From the human T2T-CHM13v2.0 reference genome, Homo sapiens, in the NCBI RefSeq assembly GCF_009914755.1, contig NC_060942.1: 64,000 nucleotides of DNA; one strand, given 5' to 3'. The position numbers and the translations under genes are program-made. Each line of letters starts with the position of its first letter. Within the stretch, counting starts at the first letter, position 1. The notes under the pieces were generated by a model. The model was not told the DNA's origin, ran no database searches, and saw only the letters and a list, made by a program, of their open reading frames with translations. Of this stretch, positions 30,920-45,530 are shown in pieces.

Positions 30920-31022
30920 TGTGTATATGTATATATTCACACACACACTCACAAACACACACATATATATATATATATCTCACTACATAGGTATATACAG
31001 ATATATGTGTGTGTGTATATAC
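30920..31022. repeat. Mixed (TA)/(CA)/(TG) low-complexity microsatellite
   Basis: Read directly. Confidence 0.85.
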
Positions 31023-32029
31023 CCATTTAAATACATATAAAAATGTAAGTCTATGAATCAAAAGAGAAAAATTCAGCTAATCGCATAAGGCAAACAATGT
31101 AGTCATATCCCCCTTTTTGGTACTCTGCCAATCATGTTCTATGGCATACTTTCTTTCCATTTGTACAATAAAGCCTCAGTTACTCTTGTGCTCAGTTCCA
31201 GAGAAGAGGTAACCAATAAAAAATGCTAATAGGAATTGGGATCAAAGCCAATGTCTTCTTAGTCACATTCACATTAATTTCCAACACTTGACATTTCTAC
31301 AGCAGCATCCTACAGTGTGCCTTCATGACAGTACGTCACTTTTGGAAGACAGATTTAGATTGGAAAACGTTTTCTGACTAGATGCTAAGTTATTTGGAAA
31401 ACGTCAAATAAGAATGCCTTATCTCTCAAACATTTAGGTTGGTTTTTGTTGAACTGAGTTACTGAAATTAAATTATAACTATGCTATTGAGATTTTGGGA
31501 CAGAGAAATATTTTGCAGGAAAAGGGTGATTTCATTGTATTGTAACTGCAATAGATTCTATGCTTGTTAGTGGACCTGAGTGGCTTGCAAAATGGGGAAA
31601 GGGTCAAAAATTAATCACCAACTCACTCATTAGTTAAGACAAATGAATTGCAACCTCACAGTTATACTTGGGGGTAATTATTAAGAGCCAGGAATAGGCT
31701 AGACTACTAACAGGGTGACTGCAGGGGCATAGTAATTGGCAGAAAACAGTATAGTAAAGTTCACTGACCATCCAAAATCGGGAGGTAATTTTATAACAAA
31801 TTGTTCTTCAAAGTGGAGAAGAAAATGGAAATGATATTTGCAGAGGTTTGAACAACTTAGGTACCAAAACCACATTTGTAAGGGAGTTAACTGATTGCTT
31901 GAAGACCTTATCAATGCTTGGAGGTTTTAATTTTTTCCCCAGAAATATAATATACATAATTCCACTGCAAGTTTTTATGTTCCTAGATCAGAGGAGAATA
32001 TGATTGTTGCTATTTAAATTCTTGTTATC

Positions 32030-32210
32030 AGTTATCACCATCCTAAATTACCTTGTTTGCTTGTAATGTTTTTTGTTGTCTCTCACTCTCCTGGAACGTA
32101 AGTTGGAAGAATGTGAGGGGCCTCTCTTATTTACTACTTTGTTACTGATGCCTAGTATAGTGTCTGACACTTAGTAAGTGCTCAGTATGTATTTATTAAA
32201 AATTAAATTA
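32030..32210 (+). mobile_element. L2 3' end
   Basis: gcctagtatagtgtctgacacttagtaagtgctcagtatgtatttatt. Confidence 0.7.
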
Positions 32211-32745
32211 TTTGAAGGCAGATTATAGTGAATACAGAAGAAAGTGGAAAATAAAAATGTGCTAAAGTAGTCACGGAGGAGATGGGGGATTTCTTTGCTA
32301 AGCAGTTTTGAATTGTGCATTGTTGCTGGAAAGAAAAAGCCTTAAAGATGATTTAGGAAATTGCCATTGTTATATTTCCTGAAAAGTGCTAGATTTGGGC
32401 CAACCAGTATTACCTTGTAACCATGTAATTTTTAGAGTTTTACACAGTGGCATGTAGAATTTGTTGCCAGTCTGCAAACATTCCTGTTAGAACCAATGGT
32501 GGTATTTTGGCTCTCTGGTAATTAATACTCAGTGGGGTTCCATCTGGTTCAGATTTAATTTCTCTCATGAATCTGATTCATCAATGATTCCTGGCAGATT
32601 AATGACATGGAATTAGCTTTTGAGTGTTCATACTTTTGGTTTGAATTGATTGAAACGTTTCTTACTTTAAACCAATTGGATTAGTACAATTATGGAATTA
32701 TAGAAACATTTCTTTATCCATAATTTTTCCAAGATGATAGAGTAG

Positions 32746-33047
<302 letters not shown>

Positions 33048-33971
33048 TAATCACTTTTTTGTTCTTAATTTGTTTCACTCATTTTTTTAATCTTACATAT
33101 GTAGAATCACACATTAACAGTCTCATTTGTGATCCTCTCTAGTTTCTTTCAAGTTTGCATTCCTGTACTAATAAGAGTAGAAAACATGCAATTTCCAGAT
33201 GTCCTTGAAGGGAGCGTGCAGGCATATGACCTCGATTCTACCAATTATATATTCTTTTTAATTTATCATTTTGAGGTTAAGATTATGCTTGTGGGATTCT
33301 TCCATACTGTTGCATGTAACTGTAGTTTGAACATTATATTGGCTGTTTAGAATGAAATGGGATAAATATTTATTAATATGCTTATTTATGCTACTGTTGA
33401 TTGGCATTTAGATTGGTCATTTTTTATTTCTAAGAATAATATTGCTTTGCTTAATCTTAAACACATCTCCTCTGTGTGCTTGTGTGAAGCGCATACCTAG
33501 GAATGAAACTTTGGGTCATAGAATTCTGGATATTTTCAACTCTAAAACATAATGACAGACTATTTTGCAAAGTGATATAAACATTACACACCCACCTTTA
33601 GTGTATGAAAACTCTTGTTCCATCTGTCAACTGATGACGCTTGATATCGTCAGGTTTGTTTTATAAAGAAATTTCAGTGGATGTGTTTAGATATTTCACT
33701 GTGCTTTTAATATACTTTTTTGTTCTTTAAGAGGATGAGCACTTTTTATTACATTCAAGAATCAGGTAGACTGTGTTATGAAACGGCAGCTCAAGATTTT
33801 GCCTATTTTTCTCCACTTTAATTATATAATTTATGTGCTTTATGATTTAATTTACTCTTCTTTATTTGGGTTTACTTTCCTTTTATTTTTTTCTGATTAT
33901 AGGTTTTAGTCATATTCTTAAAATTTTTTCAAAATGAAAAAGACGTTTTTTTCTAAAATATATGCCTTTGA

Positions 33972-34430
<459 letters not shown>

Positions 34431-34802
34431 TATTATGTTTTTTATTTCCAAATACATAGGATTTCGCATTATCATTCTCCTTTGTTTATTATAGTTTTGG
34501 GACTTAATTCCAACCAGTGTTGTTGGTCTTTCTTTGTTGGATCTTGCTCTACGACCCAGCATATAGTCACTTTGTTCTAAATGTTTTATCTGCACCTGAA
34601 ACATTGGGTTTTCTGCAGCTGTTAAGTACAGTAAGTAGTCCATACCTGATTATCAGGTCAAGCTTGTTAGTTATTCATATTTTCTACATCTTTACAGTAT
34701 TTTGTGTTTTCTCAGTGATAAGTATACATTAAAATCTCATATTATTTCTTTATTTACTGCTCATTAAAATTTCTGTAATTTTGCTTTATGTACTTTAAAG
34801 TC

Positions 34803-35134
34803 TTTATTTTTTTTTTTTTTTTGAGACAGAGTTTCACTCTTGTCCCCCAGGCTGGAGTATAGTGATGCGATCTCGGCTCGGCACGGGGGTGCTTGAACTC
34901 ACCGCCTCCTGAGTTCAAGCAATTCTCCCGCCTCAGCCTCCAGAGTAGCTGGGATTACAGGCGCCCACCACCACACCCGGCTAATTTTTGTATTTTTAGT
35001 AGAGACAGTGTTCGCCATGTTGAGCAGGCTGGTCTTGAACTCCTGACCTCAGGTGATCCACCGACCTCAGGTGATCCACCCACCTCGGCCTCCCAAAGTG
35101 CTGGGATTACAGGCGTGAGCCACCGTGCCCGGTC
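34803..35134 (-). mobile_element. AluS with an internal insertion and an 18-bp tandem duplication
   Basis: Full reverse dimer. TSD actttaaagtc at 34792-34802 and 35135-35145. Confidence 0.95.
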
Positions 35135-38134
35135 ACTTTAAAGTCATTTTTAGGTGCATAAAAATTAGAATTTATATATTTTCCCGGTTAATTGAACCTA
35201 TATCATTTTTAAGTGTTTATCTCCAATAGTACTGTTTGTTTAAAGCCACATTTGTCTGTTTACTAAGCTTCATCATTATTCCTTCAGGCATTTTATTTGG
35301 TATTCTCATGAAGTGTCTTTTTCTAGCTGTTTACATTCATTTCTTCTGTTTCACTTTATTTTAGATGTGTCTCTTGTAAACAGCATGTGTGTATGTGTGT
35401 GTGGAAAAATATTTTTATCTTTCAACTGCAACACTTAAGTCCATTCATATTCAATGTAATGCCATATGTGGGTTTCAATCTACCATTTTAATATTTTCTA
35501 TTTGTTACTCTTGTACCGTGTACCATTTTCTCTTTTCTGGACATTTTTGGGTTTATTGAATATTTTTTAAAAATTTCACTTTTCCCCGTTACTTTAAAAT
35601 ATAATTTTTAAAACTATTCTTTTATTCTAAAGCTCTTATTTTGTTTTCTTTAATAATCATGGTCTAAGTTAATTGGTACTTTTGTCTTGATAGACAATGA
35701 AAAGACCCAACAACCTGTGAGTTCTATTTATTTTCTCCTATGTGCCATTGTTATTTTATAATGTTACACACATTTCAAATACTCTCAATAATTATTATGA
35801 TAGCTTGAAACAGTTAGCGTTATTCTAGACTTACCCATGTGCTTCTCTTTTTCTTCTCTGCATTTGTTTTTGCATTCCTAACTTTCAATCTGGGATTACT
35901 TTCTTTCTGTCTGAGTTTCTAATTTGAGAAAATGTGTCTGTTTACTAAATTTGAATCCTCAGCATAATCCACTGAAAATATGTTTTGATTGTTTTGTGTT
36001 ATCAATTGGAGTTAAGGTGGGGAAAAGTGGTCACTACCCTATCAAGCGGGAAGGCAATTCGAATGATTGATGTATGTAAATAAACTGTTTATGTTCAGCA
36101 TGATCTTAAATGAAAGGCCGTGGGTACCTAGCTGGCATACTAAACATACTAACGTTTTGAGTTTTTATTCACCCCTCTAATCATTATTTTAGTTTTTAGT
36201 TTTTCACTTCTCTGCTGAATACTTCTGATTCAAGAGAGTTGCCTGTGAGTTCAAAATGGAAATAATGTTATTATTTTACAAAATTATTTACAAAAATACA
36301 TGCAATCCTTTTATCAATACTTATATCAACAGAAGCCTCTTAGAGAAAACAATGCAGGAAACCATTGGTTTAAATAACAAAAAGTGACTCTTCATTCTGG
36401 TGAAATCCAAAGTCTGTCGAGGGAGTGGGAAGCATGTGCCCAGAAGAGCAAACAATCGATACTGGGTATATTGGGAGCTTTTTGATGGACAGCATTAAGA
36501 CAATAAATAAAAATTAAAATAAAAGGGCAGCACGAGGGAGTTTTAAGAGCAACAAATCATAATTTTAATCAATAAAAATTGCTCTTGGGAACCTATCTGA
36601 TTGCTTTTGAAAGTAATTATAGTGCTGCTTCAGCTTGTTCTATGAAATACCTTGGAGGGGTAGCATCTAAATAAACTACCATGATTGGGTTTTTACAAAG
36701 CATGCTTACATATAAATTATAAATGCAGTACCATTTGACTTTAAAGTTTTAGAAAAATCTTTCTTCCCACAACCAGCATGCAATCAGCCAATAAAAATGC
36801 AAACACACGTCCAGTTATTACAGCAAGTGTAAAAACCTCACTGTTTTTATATTGTAATAAGATCATATACTTGTTATACATTGAAGACTAAAAATGATTT
36901 CTAACAGTCATGGTTTATTTCCATAAGGATTTCATTTTATTAGGTATTTCCTAAAACAAAATTATGCCTTGCAATCTGTTTTGCTAGTTTTAAGAAAAAT
37001 CATGTTTGAATGATTAAAGGAATGAATATTCTGCAAAGTGCATAAAGCTTGCCACTTTGAAGGCTGACTTGATTGATTGTATTTGCAGATGCAGGTTTCC
37101 AGAGCCAGACAATATTAGCTATGATGTTCCTTGCATTACCTTACCTAAGATTTTTTACCTTAACGTTTCCATAAATAAATGAACCTACCTTCACAAACCA
37201 AATAAAAGCCTCATACATTTGTCATTATTGGCAAAAATAAAGTTGTCATTTTGAATTTAGATACTATAATAGAGGGCGTAATTAATGTCATTCTTTGTGT
37301 AGTGCTAGTTCTCTTTTCAAGATAACACGTAGTCAAAGATTTCTATAGCAGCTAACTCTGGAGTCATTATCATTTTGATTTCTTTGTGGTGAGTAAGACT
37401 GATTACTTTTATCACCATTTTCAGGATATATTTATATCTTGTACACATCAGATCATCTGATGAAGGACATTCATATCAATGATAATACCTTGTTAATCAG
37501 AAGAAGCTAGAATCAATAAATTGAGACTTCCATGTATTTTTTAGAATAAGTAGACTTCTATTAGAATATGACTTTAGAAACTGAATACTAATAACAGAAT
37601 GCCCAGTTCTTAAAGTCTACTTCAAGGGCACAGGCCTAAGAAGTTGATGTCTCTATCCCTTGAGGACTCAAAGGAAAAACAGCTATATTTTGTAAAGTTC
37701 ATGTAACATGTCAGTTTTTCAGAAAAATAACCTGTTGCCAGTCAATTTTTTCATTGTATTTATTTAGACTGTAAGTCAGACAGTTCACTATCATGTTTTT
37801 TAAGACTGTAAAAGAAAACTGAGATAACATCATATCTCTAATGATTCTCCTATATTAGAAAAGTACATGTTTTTCAAAATCACTGTATTAGAAACCTTCA
37901 AATATATTTTTCTCTATTTATAAATTTTATCTACACAGGGAGAAAACTGAAATGGTAGTCAGAAGGATCATAATAGCCATCTGAATATATTTTCCTCACA
38001 GGCCCTTTTCGGCCACCATCCTGTCTGGGAAACTTCCAAGACCACAGTGTTTGTTGATTATTCTTTTAGAATATGTATCTTTTACTGTACATGTATCTCA
38101 GGTACAGAATCTGAGGATTTTTACCCATAATGCA

Positions 38135-38157
38135 ATCATTTGCATTATGCAAATGAT
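38135..38157. promoter_or_regulatory. Palindromic pair of POU octamer motifs (candidate site)
   Basis: ATCATTTGCAT-T-ATGCAAATGAT, with octamers at 38138-38145 and 38147-38154. Function is not shown by sequence. Confidence 0.4.
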
Positions 38158-38959
38158 GATCAATGTACACTGAAATATGCTCTAACATTGTTCTTTAAAT
38201 GGATTCACCTTATTTCTTTAGGCACTGGTTGGAGATTGCTAGGTTATGAATATTTTATGAATAAAGCTAACGGATTAACTTCCATTGTTTACTTCCAGTT
38301 TTTCTCAGTCATCCATTCCAATCTAACATTAGTGTTTAGATAGAAAAAAATTTTATCATGACTAAGTTCTGTGTTATATACGTGTTTGTGTATTTTCTTT
38401 TTTAGCAATGTTTTAATTAGATAAGAAATGGCTACGATGAAGAAATTCAAGTTGCAGAAGTATAAAAATGTAAAAGTGAAAAAGAAAGGTTATAAAGTGG
38501 CTAATTAAACAAAAATTACTAAAAGTATAAGTAGTTAAATTCTTTGAACTCTCTAGTGATACATAAAATGAACATATGTATGTAAATATATATATGCAAA
38601 AATATTAGAACAGTTTAGTGTTTATATACAATGATTATACAATATGTAAAATTCTATATTTTTATGTAGTAATATGCCAATAAAGAGTTCTGCAAATATC
38701 CCTATAAGTATGTATCCAAAATAATGTCTACTTCTCATAGTCTAATGCTTGCAGATTATTGCAATTTTGATCATTTTTTGCTATTTTGATGCATAGCCTG
38801 TAATTTTCTATTAAATATTTGAGCAAATCTATATATCTCAGAATCCCAGAAACATTGTAAAGAGTTCAAAGCTGGAGGCTATTCACAAAAGAGGAATCTG
38901 TGATTTCAAGTTTTTGAATTATTTTATGGAAATTTGATATGCTCACTACGGTACAATAT

Positions 38960-39400
38960 AAAAGATGAGAAGTAAGTTTATGTGGAGAGATCAAGACATC
39001 AGTTTTGGCCTTAAATGATTGAATTGATTTCCTGGGTTCCATTCCTTCGTTTCATTTCTCACTAGTGCTATTTGTAGACACTACAGGTGTGAATAAGATG
39101 GTCCATTCTTATTTAAGGAGGGTGTAGAAGACCTGCCTGTAACAGAGACTAAAAAAACTGAAGAAGAACCAGGAAATAGTAGTGGTATAGGATCTGAGTA
39201 AGGAAAAAAATCAATAAAAAGAATGTGATAAAGGGTGACAAGTATTGTAGAAAAGTTGAGGAAGATAAGGGCTGAAATATACTGTCAATGCAGAGGTTTT
39301 ACTGATGATGGCCATGCTTCTCAAATGGTTTAAAGGATGAGAAGGAAGCTGAAAAATGGGACAGCAAGTATAGGCTGCTCTTTCTAGAAGCTTGTCTGTT
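38960..39400 (-). mobile_element. L2 fragments
   Basis: gagactaaaaaaactgaagaagaaccaggaaatagtagtgg...gacagcaagtataggctgctctttctagaag. Confidence 0.5.
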
Positions 39401-39699
39401 AATAGATTCACATTTTACTATGCCAGAAGATTAAAGGAGAAGTTTTGCTTAATCTCCTTTTAACAATAAAGGTAACAAATATATAAAAATGGTGAAATAG
39501 AATTAAAAACTCCTATATTCTTGTTAATTAGTATTACTCTTTTATATTTAAATAGTACTTTTTAACGCTGGGATGATAGCTTTGCCAACTTAGGAAAATT
39601 CTTCTATATCTTTTAATATTGCTCCTTCTCTATTTTCTCTTTCGTCTTCCCTAAGACTCCAATTATATGTATGTTAGGATTTTCCTTATGTCTCATAAG

Positions 39700-40550
39700 T
39701 GTATAAGAAATCTGAAGGTCTGGCTGCCTAGTAGCACTTATATGGAAGTCAGAAGTGGTGGCTATGACTTACATCTTAAGACTGTTAAGATTTGTCATGG
39801 CAAAGAATGCATGTGTGTTTCCCTGGAACAAGATAAACAGGAGGAAAAGCGTAGGGTAATATTAAATCATATTACATTAATATGCCTGGAATGATTACAA
39901 AATCCTTTGAGAGAAAGAAGGTACTGGTTTCTCAGGGAATGAGAAAAGAGGCAAAGGTCACCAGCTAGAAAGGTGTATTTGCCTGCACTGAAGAAACCAG
40001 AGTAAAAAAGCTATAGGAAACTATAAATGGAGAAAACAAACCCTAAAATAGTATTTTATGAGACTTCTTTAAACACTAACCAAGACCTGGGTGAGCTTAT
40101 TTCATTTCATAGCCATGTTTGTAAGTACAAATTTTTTGGCTTCTTGTCTGTATCTTGCCTCCTCTGATCCTACACGTAGTAGAAAATGCAATAGCAGAGG
40201 GAGAAGAAGACAGTAAAAGTGCAAGGTGAAAGAAAAAAGCTCACCCAAATCATCTACACATACCACTAGTGGCCAGAGAGATTCTATAATTTAAATTAAT
40301 TTTGAATATTTTAATTATTGAAGAGGCCATATAAATTATTAAACTGCACTCTTTTGAGAATAGAAGTAAAAGTATCACTTTTTATTACTTAACAATAATG
40401 AGAAAAGTCATAGACCTTGCCCTGAATTTCATCCAAGTAGCAGGAAAGTCTGCACAAATAAAATCAATTTTAAGGTACTTTGCTAGATGAAAATAAGGTT
40501 ACATTATAAGTTATTCCATGATCATGCTTATTCAACTAAATCATTACACA
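39700..40550 (+). mobile_element. Ancient LTR (LTR78-like)
   Basis: gaaaagtcatagaccttgccctgaatttcatccaag...aaaataagg...catgcttattcaac resembles the recalled LTR78 3' part. Confidence 0.4.
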
Positions 40551-41667
40551 TATCATCAATATCAACTAAAGTATATGGAAAGGCCATCCTTTTGTATCCA
40601 CTAAAAATATCTGAGTTTATCTGAAATGGAAAATAATTATATAAGTTAGTATATATTTCAGGTAATAAATATCTTTTATTTTCTGTTTTCTTCAAAAATT
40701 TCAAGTTAAAATATATGCTACTTTATTTAAAAATGGCAAGAACTTTTATTCATAATGTACTTTTTTAGTATTTCTATTTTGTACTACAGAGAGGGTTTTT
40801 GCAAAATTACTTATCAAAAGAATTTTTTATAACAGCATTTGTAGCAAATGAAGTGTAAGGCATTGATGCAATATCTCAGTTTTAGAGACCCGTCACAGCT
40901 ACGTGCTTCGGTTTGCTGTGCCATTTTTTCCAAATGTCCATTTCTAAGTGTATATCTGAAATCTATCCTAATTAAAAGTGATGTTTATAGCATGAACTTT
41001 TTGAGAATATTAAAATTTTAAATGCCATCGAAATATCCATTATGTATTTTTAGTTTTGTATATCTTATGAATCAGGCTGCTGTGGATATCAGCAGTTAGT
41101 TAAATATACTCTGTCAGATCATAACACCCCTATGTATCACCCATGACAGCACAGCATGATTTAATAATAATGGCACGATTAAAAAATGAGGAATCACTTG
41201 GAAAAAAAAGCCTTTAGTATGATTTTATTGCTTGGATAATCCAGACTCCCAATTTGCACTTTTATATCAGTAAATTCTATTAGTGATAAATCAAAATTTT
41301 TAAGTTTTTCAAAACTTTATTTTCTCTAATTATAAGATTAAGATGAATCACTGAGTTATTTTCCTTATATCTACAGGTATATATATTTATGGTTAAGTGT
41401 CTTATTTGCATTTTTCTTCATTTCTACTTTCTCTCATATCTATGCCACCGAATTCTTGACTTTTATAAATGCATGCTTGCAAGTTCATGTCTGCTTTATA
41501 GCCTATAAAAATAAGGACAGTCACATTTCAATCGTATTCTCCTTTCAGATCTTTTTTGAGGTTTGGCATTTCCATTGAATTTTGTGAACCATTTGGCAAC
41601 CATTGCTTAAACACACTCCCTTTTGTTTGCTTCATTCTTAGCCGAGTAGTAAAACTCCAACGATGAT

Positions 41668-41983
<316 letters not shown>

Positions 41984-42479
41984 TTATATAATGAGGATTT
42001 CTAGATCTCATCTCATTCCTTGCATTTCAGAACCTTTTATTTGGCTGTCACACATTACAGAATGCATGGCTGTATGTACAGGAATACACAAATAAAAAAG
42101 CTTAAAACATATTCCCTTAAAGTTTATTACCCAGAAAGAAACATTGCTCTTGTTTACATCATCTGTGTATCTACCTGTCAATTAATCAATCCATCTTTCT
42201 TTGGACATTTGTGCAGAGAAATAAACATAGAAATAGATGGGTAGATAAAAATGCTTTTATAAATATGGTTTTATACTGAAAACACCATTCCTAAATAAAA
42301 GGTAGTGTTTATTTTTACCTACATTTCACACAAAAAGAAGTAAAACCTGAAGGAATTATGTAATTTAATAAGTATTTCTTAATCACAAGACATATTATTT
42401 CTTAAAAGATCCTTGTAAAACTAAGAAAAAATATTATGAGAAACTTAAGAGGTAGAAACATTATTTTTCATGTCTCATT

Positions 42480-45180
42480 TTTAGACAGTTTTGATTTTTC
42501 TTGCTGTATAAAGTAGGGCACTAATATTTACCCACTTTTCTATTTCTTTTTTTCCTCACTTCCCTTTTCAATATTTCTATCAATATTTTGCATTGTATCA
42601 TTATATGAGTTTGCTGTTCTTTAACCACCATTCCCATGTTGTTTAGTGTGTGCTATTTAAACAGACTCAGTACTCACTATCAGTTCTTTTGCCACAGCTT
42701 TTCCAATATCAAATTCTTTGTTGATTAGCACAAGTTTATCCTACCTTCACCCCCCTCCTCAAAGAGGATCAGAGTTACCATTTATTCTTCGCTTTTTCAA
42801 GTTGTCACATTTCTTAAATTATATCTTGACTCGCCGTAAACTGTTGGGTCATTCTTTCTGTGTCTCCCCATCCCTACTCTAAAGTTGTAGACATTGTTCA
42901 ATTGCCTTCTGACAGTTATAATGTTTGGAGAAATGATTTCTCCAAGAAGGGAGATTGTTTCCTCTTATGGATTTGATATTTGTGTCTAGAAGACATGTTT
43001 TGTTTATCTTTAAAGTTTGACAGTGACTAGAATACATATTTTTATTGAGCATTTGTATTAAATTTTTATTTAATTTTAATTTTAAATTAAAAATTTATTT
43101 CCTCTTTTCTGCAAATACAGATTTTTCTTTATTTCAGGGAAATTTTCTTATGTCCTCAAATTATTCTTTTTTATTTGTTCAATTGTCTGTCTTAAAATCA
43201 TGTCTCCAAATGTTGTTTTTGCTTTTTGCTTTTTAAAATCAGTCTTGTATATATTTTAATTTCCTTCGAATTGGCTTTTTAAAACACTTCTGGATTTTAG
43301 TTATCATTTTGATGTGTTTCCATATGTGCAATGCCACTTGTTTTCATTTTGTTCATGTTTTGGGAGCTCTGCACAGACATTCTCTTGCCATGAAGTAGAG
43401 TAAGTGAATTAATCGTTCTTTTCCAACTGTATCTAAAGTGATTTCTTTTTCTCCTCTGAGCTGTTACTTGAGGGCTGCAATATTATATATTTTCGTGGCC
43501 TGAAGGAATGGTGTGGAGAGTTAGAGAGTTTAGAAGCAAAGACTTCCACCTATGTTAGGCCATCTAGGAGCCATAGTCTCTTCTGATATTTTTCTTAAAT
43601 TTTGGGTACCAGAATTCGTACTTCTTAGGAATGAGTGTGTTGCATTTCAATGATAGACGTGCCCCTTATATGGCACATATTGCTGAAACTGCTGCTTCCT
43701 TCAGAAAAAGCCTTTCCACTGATCACTTTCCAACAACCTCACCTCCTTCCCACATCATTGTTTATATCCTTCCTTGGGCTGAAGGAATAAAAGATGAACA
43801 AAGTACTCAATTTGCCTCCCTCCGGCTTTGGGTGTAGGACTGGGTGTTTTCAGGATTGCCATCTCCTTAGAAGAAGATACGAAGTCTGGAGCCCGGGTGA
43901 GGAGCTGAAAGCTCCACCTGCCTCTCAGTTCTGCCATAGAGTCTTCTGTATTCTCTGGTTTCCAGGCTGTACAGTCTACCATACTGGTTATCGCATACTC
44001 ATTGTTGATGATGGCTGTGTTTGTCAACTTGACTAAGTCTGGGAACCACAGTGCTAAGAATTACCTTCTGTGTTTTGGCTCAGAGTTGGCCAAGAGAGGA
44101 ATTTGGGTGAGATGTAGAAGGGATATGGGAAGCGGAAGCCATTCCTCCCCTCTGCTAACGTGCGGCCTGTGTACCCAGATGCTGGCCTTGCAGACCAGTG
44201 GTACAGTCTCTCCAGCCGGCACCTGACTTGACCCTCAGAGGTGGTAGTCGTACAAAGGCATGGAGCTGACCATTTCATAGACCTTTCCATGTCATTCTAC
44301 CTTGGTGGCTTCCTGGTTTTCCCAGCAAGCTCTCACTTTTCTGTTGCCAATTTGGCCAGCTGGTGAGTTACTTTTTTTTTTTTTTTTTTTTTAAATCTTC
44401 TGGTTCCCCCATATTTTTGTAATGTGTATTCCTCCCATAATCACTGTATTCACATAACATGTCTAGTGGCTCTAAATTCCTGACTAAACCCTATGAATAC
44501 ACTGTTGATTTTTCCCCTTTTTGACGTGTGCGTGTGTGTGTGTGTATAATTTTTTAGTTATTTGTTATTTAGGAATAGAAAATTTGATAATTTTTCTTCA
44601 TTAACTCAAAATATATTTTTTGGATGTTTTTAACTGTGAATCTATTCTTTTGATTTTTTTCAGAAGGTGGTAACCTTTTTCAGTCAGCAACCATAGCTGC
44701 TTCTTTACCTCAAGTCATTTTTTTCCTAACACAATCTTTAGTACTTTGCTTATATATTCTACTTATTTACTCACCCATTAAACTGCATCAGATACTACCC
44801 TATGACCTTCATATCGATCACCCTTTTTCTCTGCATTTTCATTTATGTCCTCATTTGAATTCTGACAACTTAAGCTGATGTTTACCACATCACTGATTTT
44901 ATTTTCAAAACCTGAATGATTGCCTTTATTGTCTCCTTTTAATTGTGGTATTTATTTACTCTGTTAAGTTTTTATATCTCTTCCTATGATTTTTCACTTT
45001 AGCTTGGTGTCTAGTTATGGCATTCTGCTTCAATTCTGTTGGGTCATTTTTTTCCCCAACACTATTGAGAATATCAAATGATGTCCTGAATATTTTCTTC
45101 TATATTCTTTAGTAGATCATTGTTAACATACACTTATTCTTGAATTCTCTCAGAAGCTGTTTCTTTTCCTTTGTTCTAGA
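42480..45180 (-). mobile_element. Old L1M/HAL1-type fragments split by an MLT2 LTR
   Basis: T-rich reverse ORF1-like text (gtagacattgttcaattgccttctg, tatttcagggaaattttct). Boundaries uncertain. Confidence 0.45.
44006..44501 (+). mobile_element. MLT2F-like ERVL solo LTR
   Basis: gtgtttgtcaacttgactaagtctgggaaccac...gttggccaagagaggaatttgggtgagat...tagtggctct...cctgactaaaccct. Confidence 0.7.
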
Positions 45181-45359
45181 TTACATAATTGAGAAGAAAA
45201 GCTGGGTGACTGTTCCTGATTCTCTGTTAATTTGTATCATGGTTGAGGCTGGATCTTAGATATAACGCTGGAGCACAGGTTGATATGCATGAATCCCTTT
45301 CTAATTCCTGCCAAATGCACCAGCTGCACTAAAGTACTCTTATATCTAATGTAATTGTT

Positions 45360-45530
45360 AAAAGCAGGGTTTTGGAATCGGGCCCCAGGGATTTGAATCC
45401 TAGGTCTCTTATTGAGTTTGTGTATTATAATAGCGCCTACATCAAATGGCGGCTACTGTGAAGAGTAAATGAATTAATTCAGACAGAGTACTTAGAACAG
45501 TATCTGAAACAGTAATAACTTAATCAGTAT
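45360..45530 (+). mobile_element. MIR fragment; its 3' part is duplicated at ~45803-45920
   Basis: gggatttgaatccta...taaatgaattaattcagacagagtacttagaacagtatctg. Confidence 0.65.

Noticed and set aside
37446-37462. Palindrome catcagat-c-atctgatg (similarly atgaatc-t-gattcat at 32567-32581)
   Set aside because: Arms of 7-8 bp are expected by chance one to several times in 64 kb.
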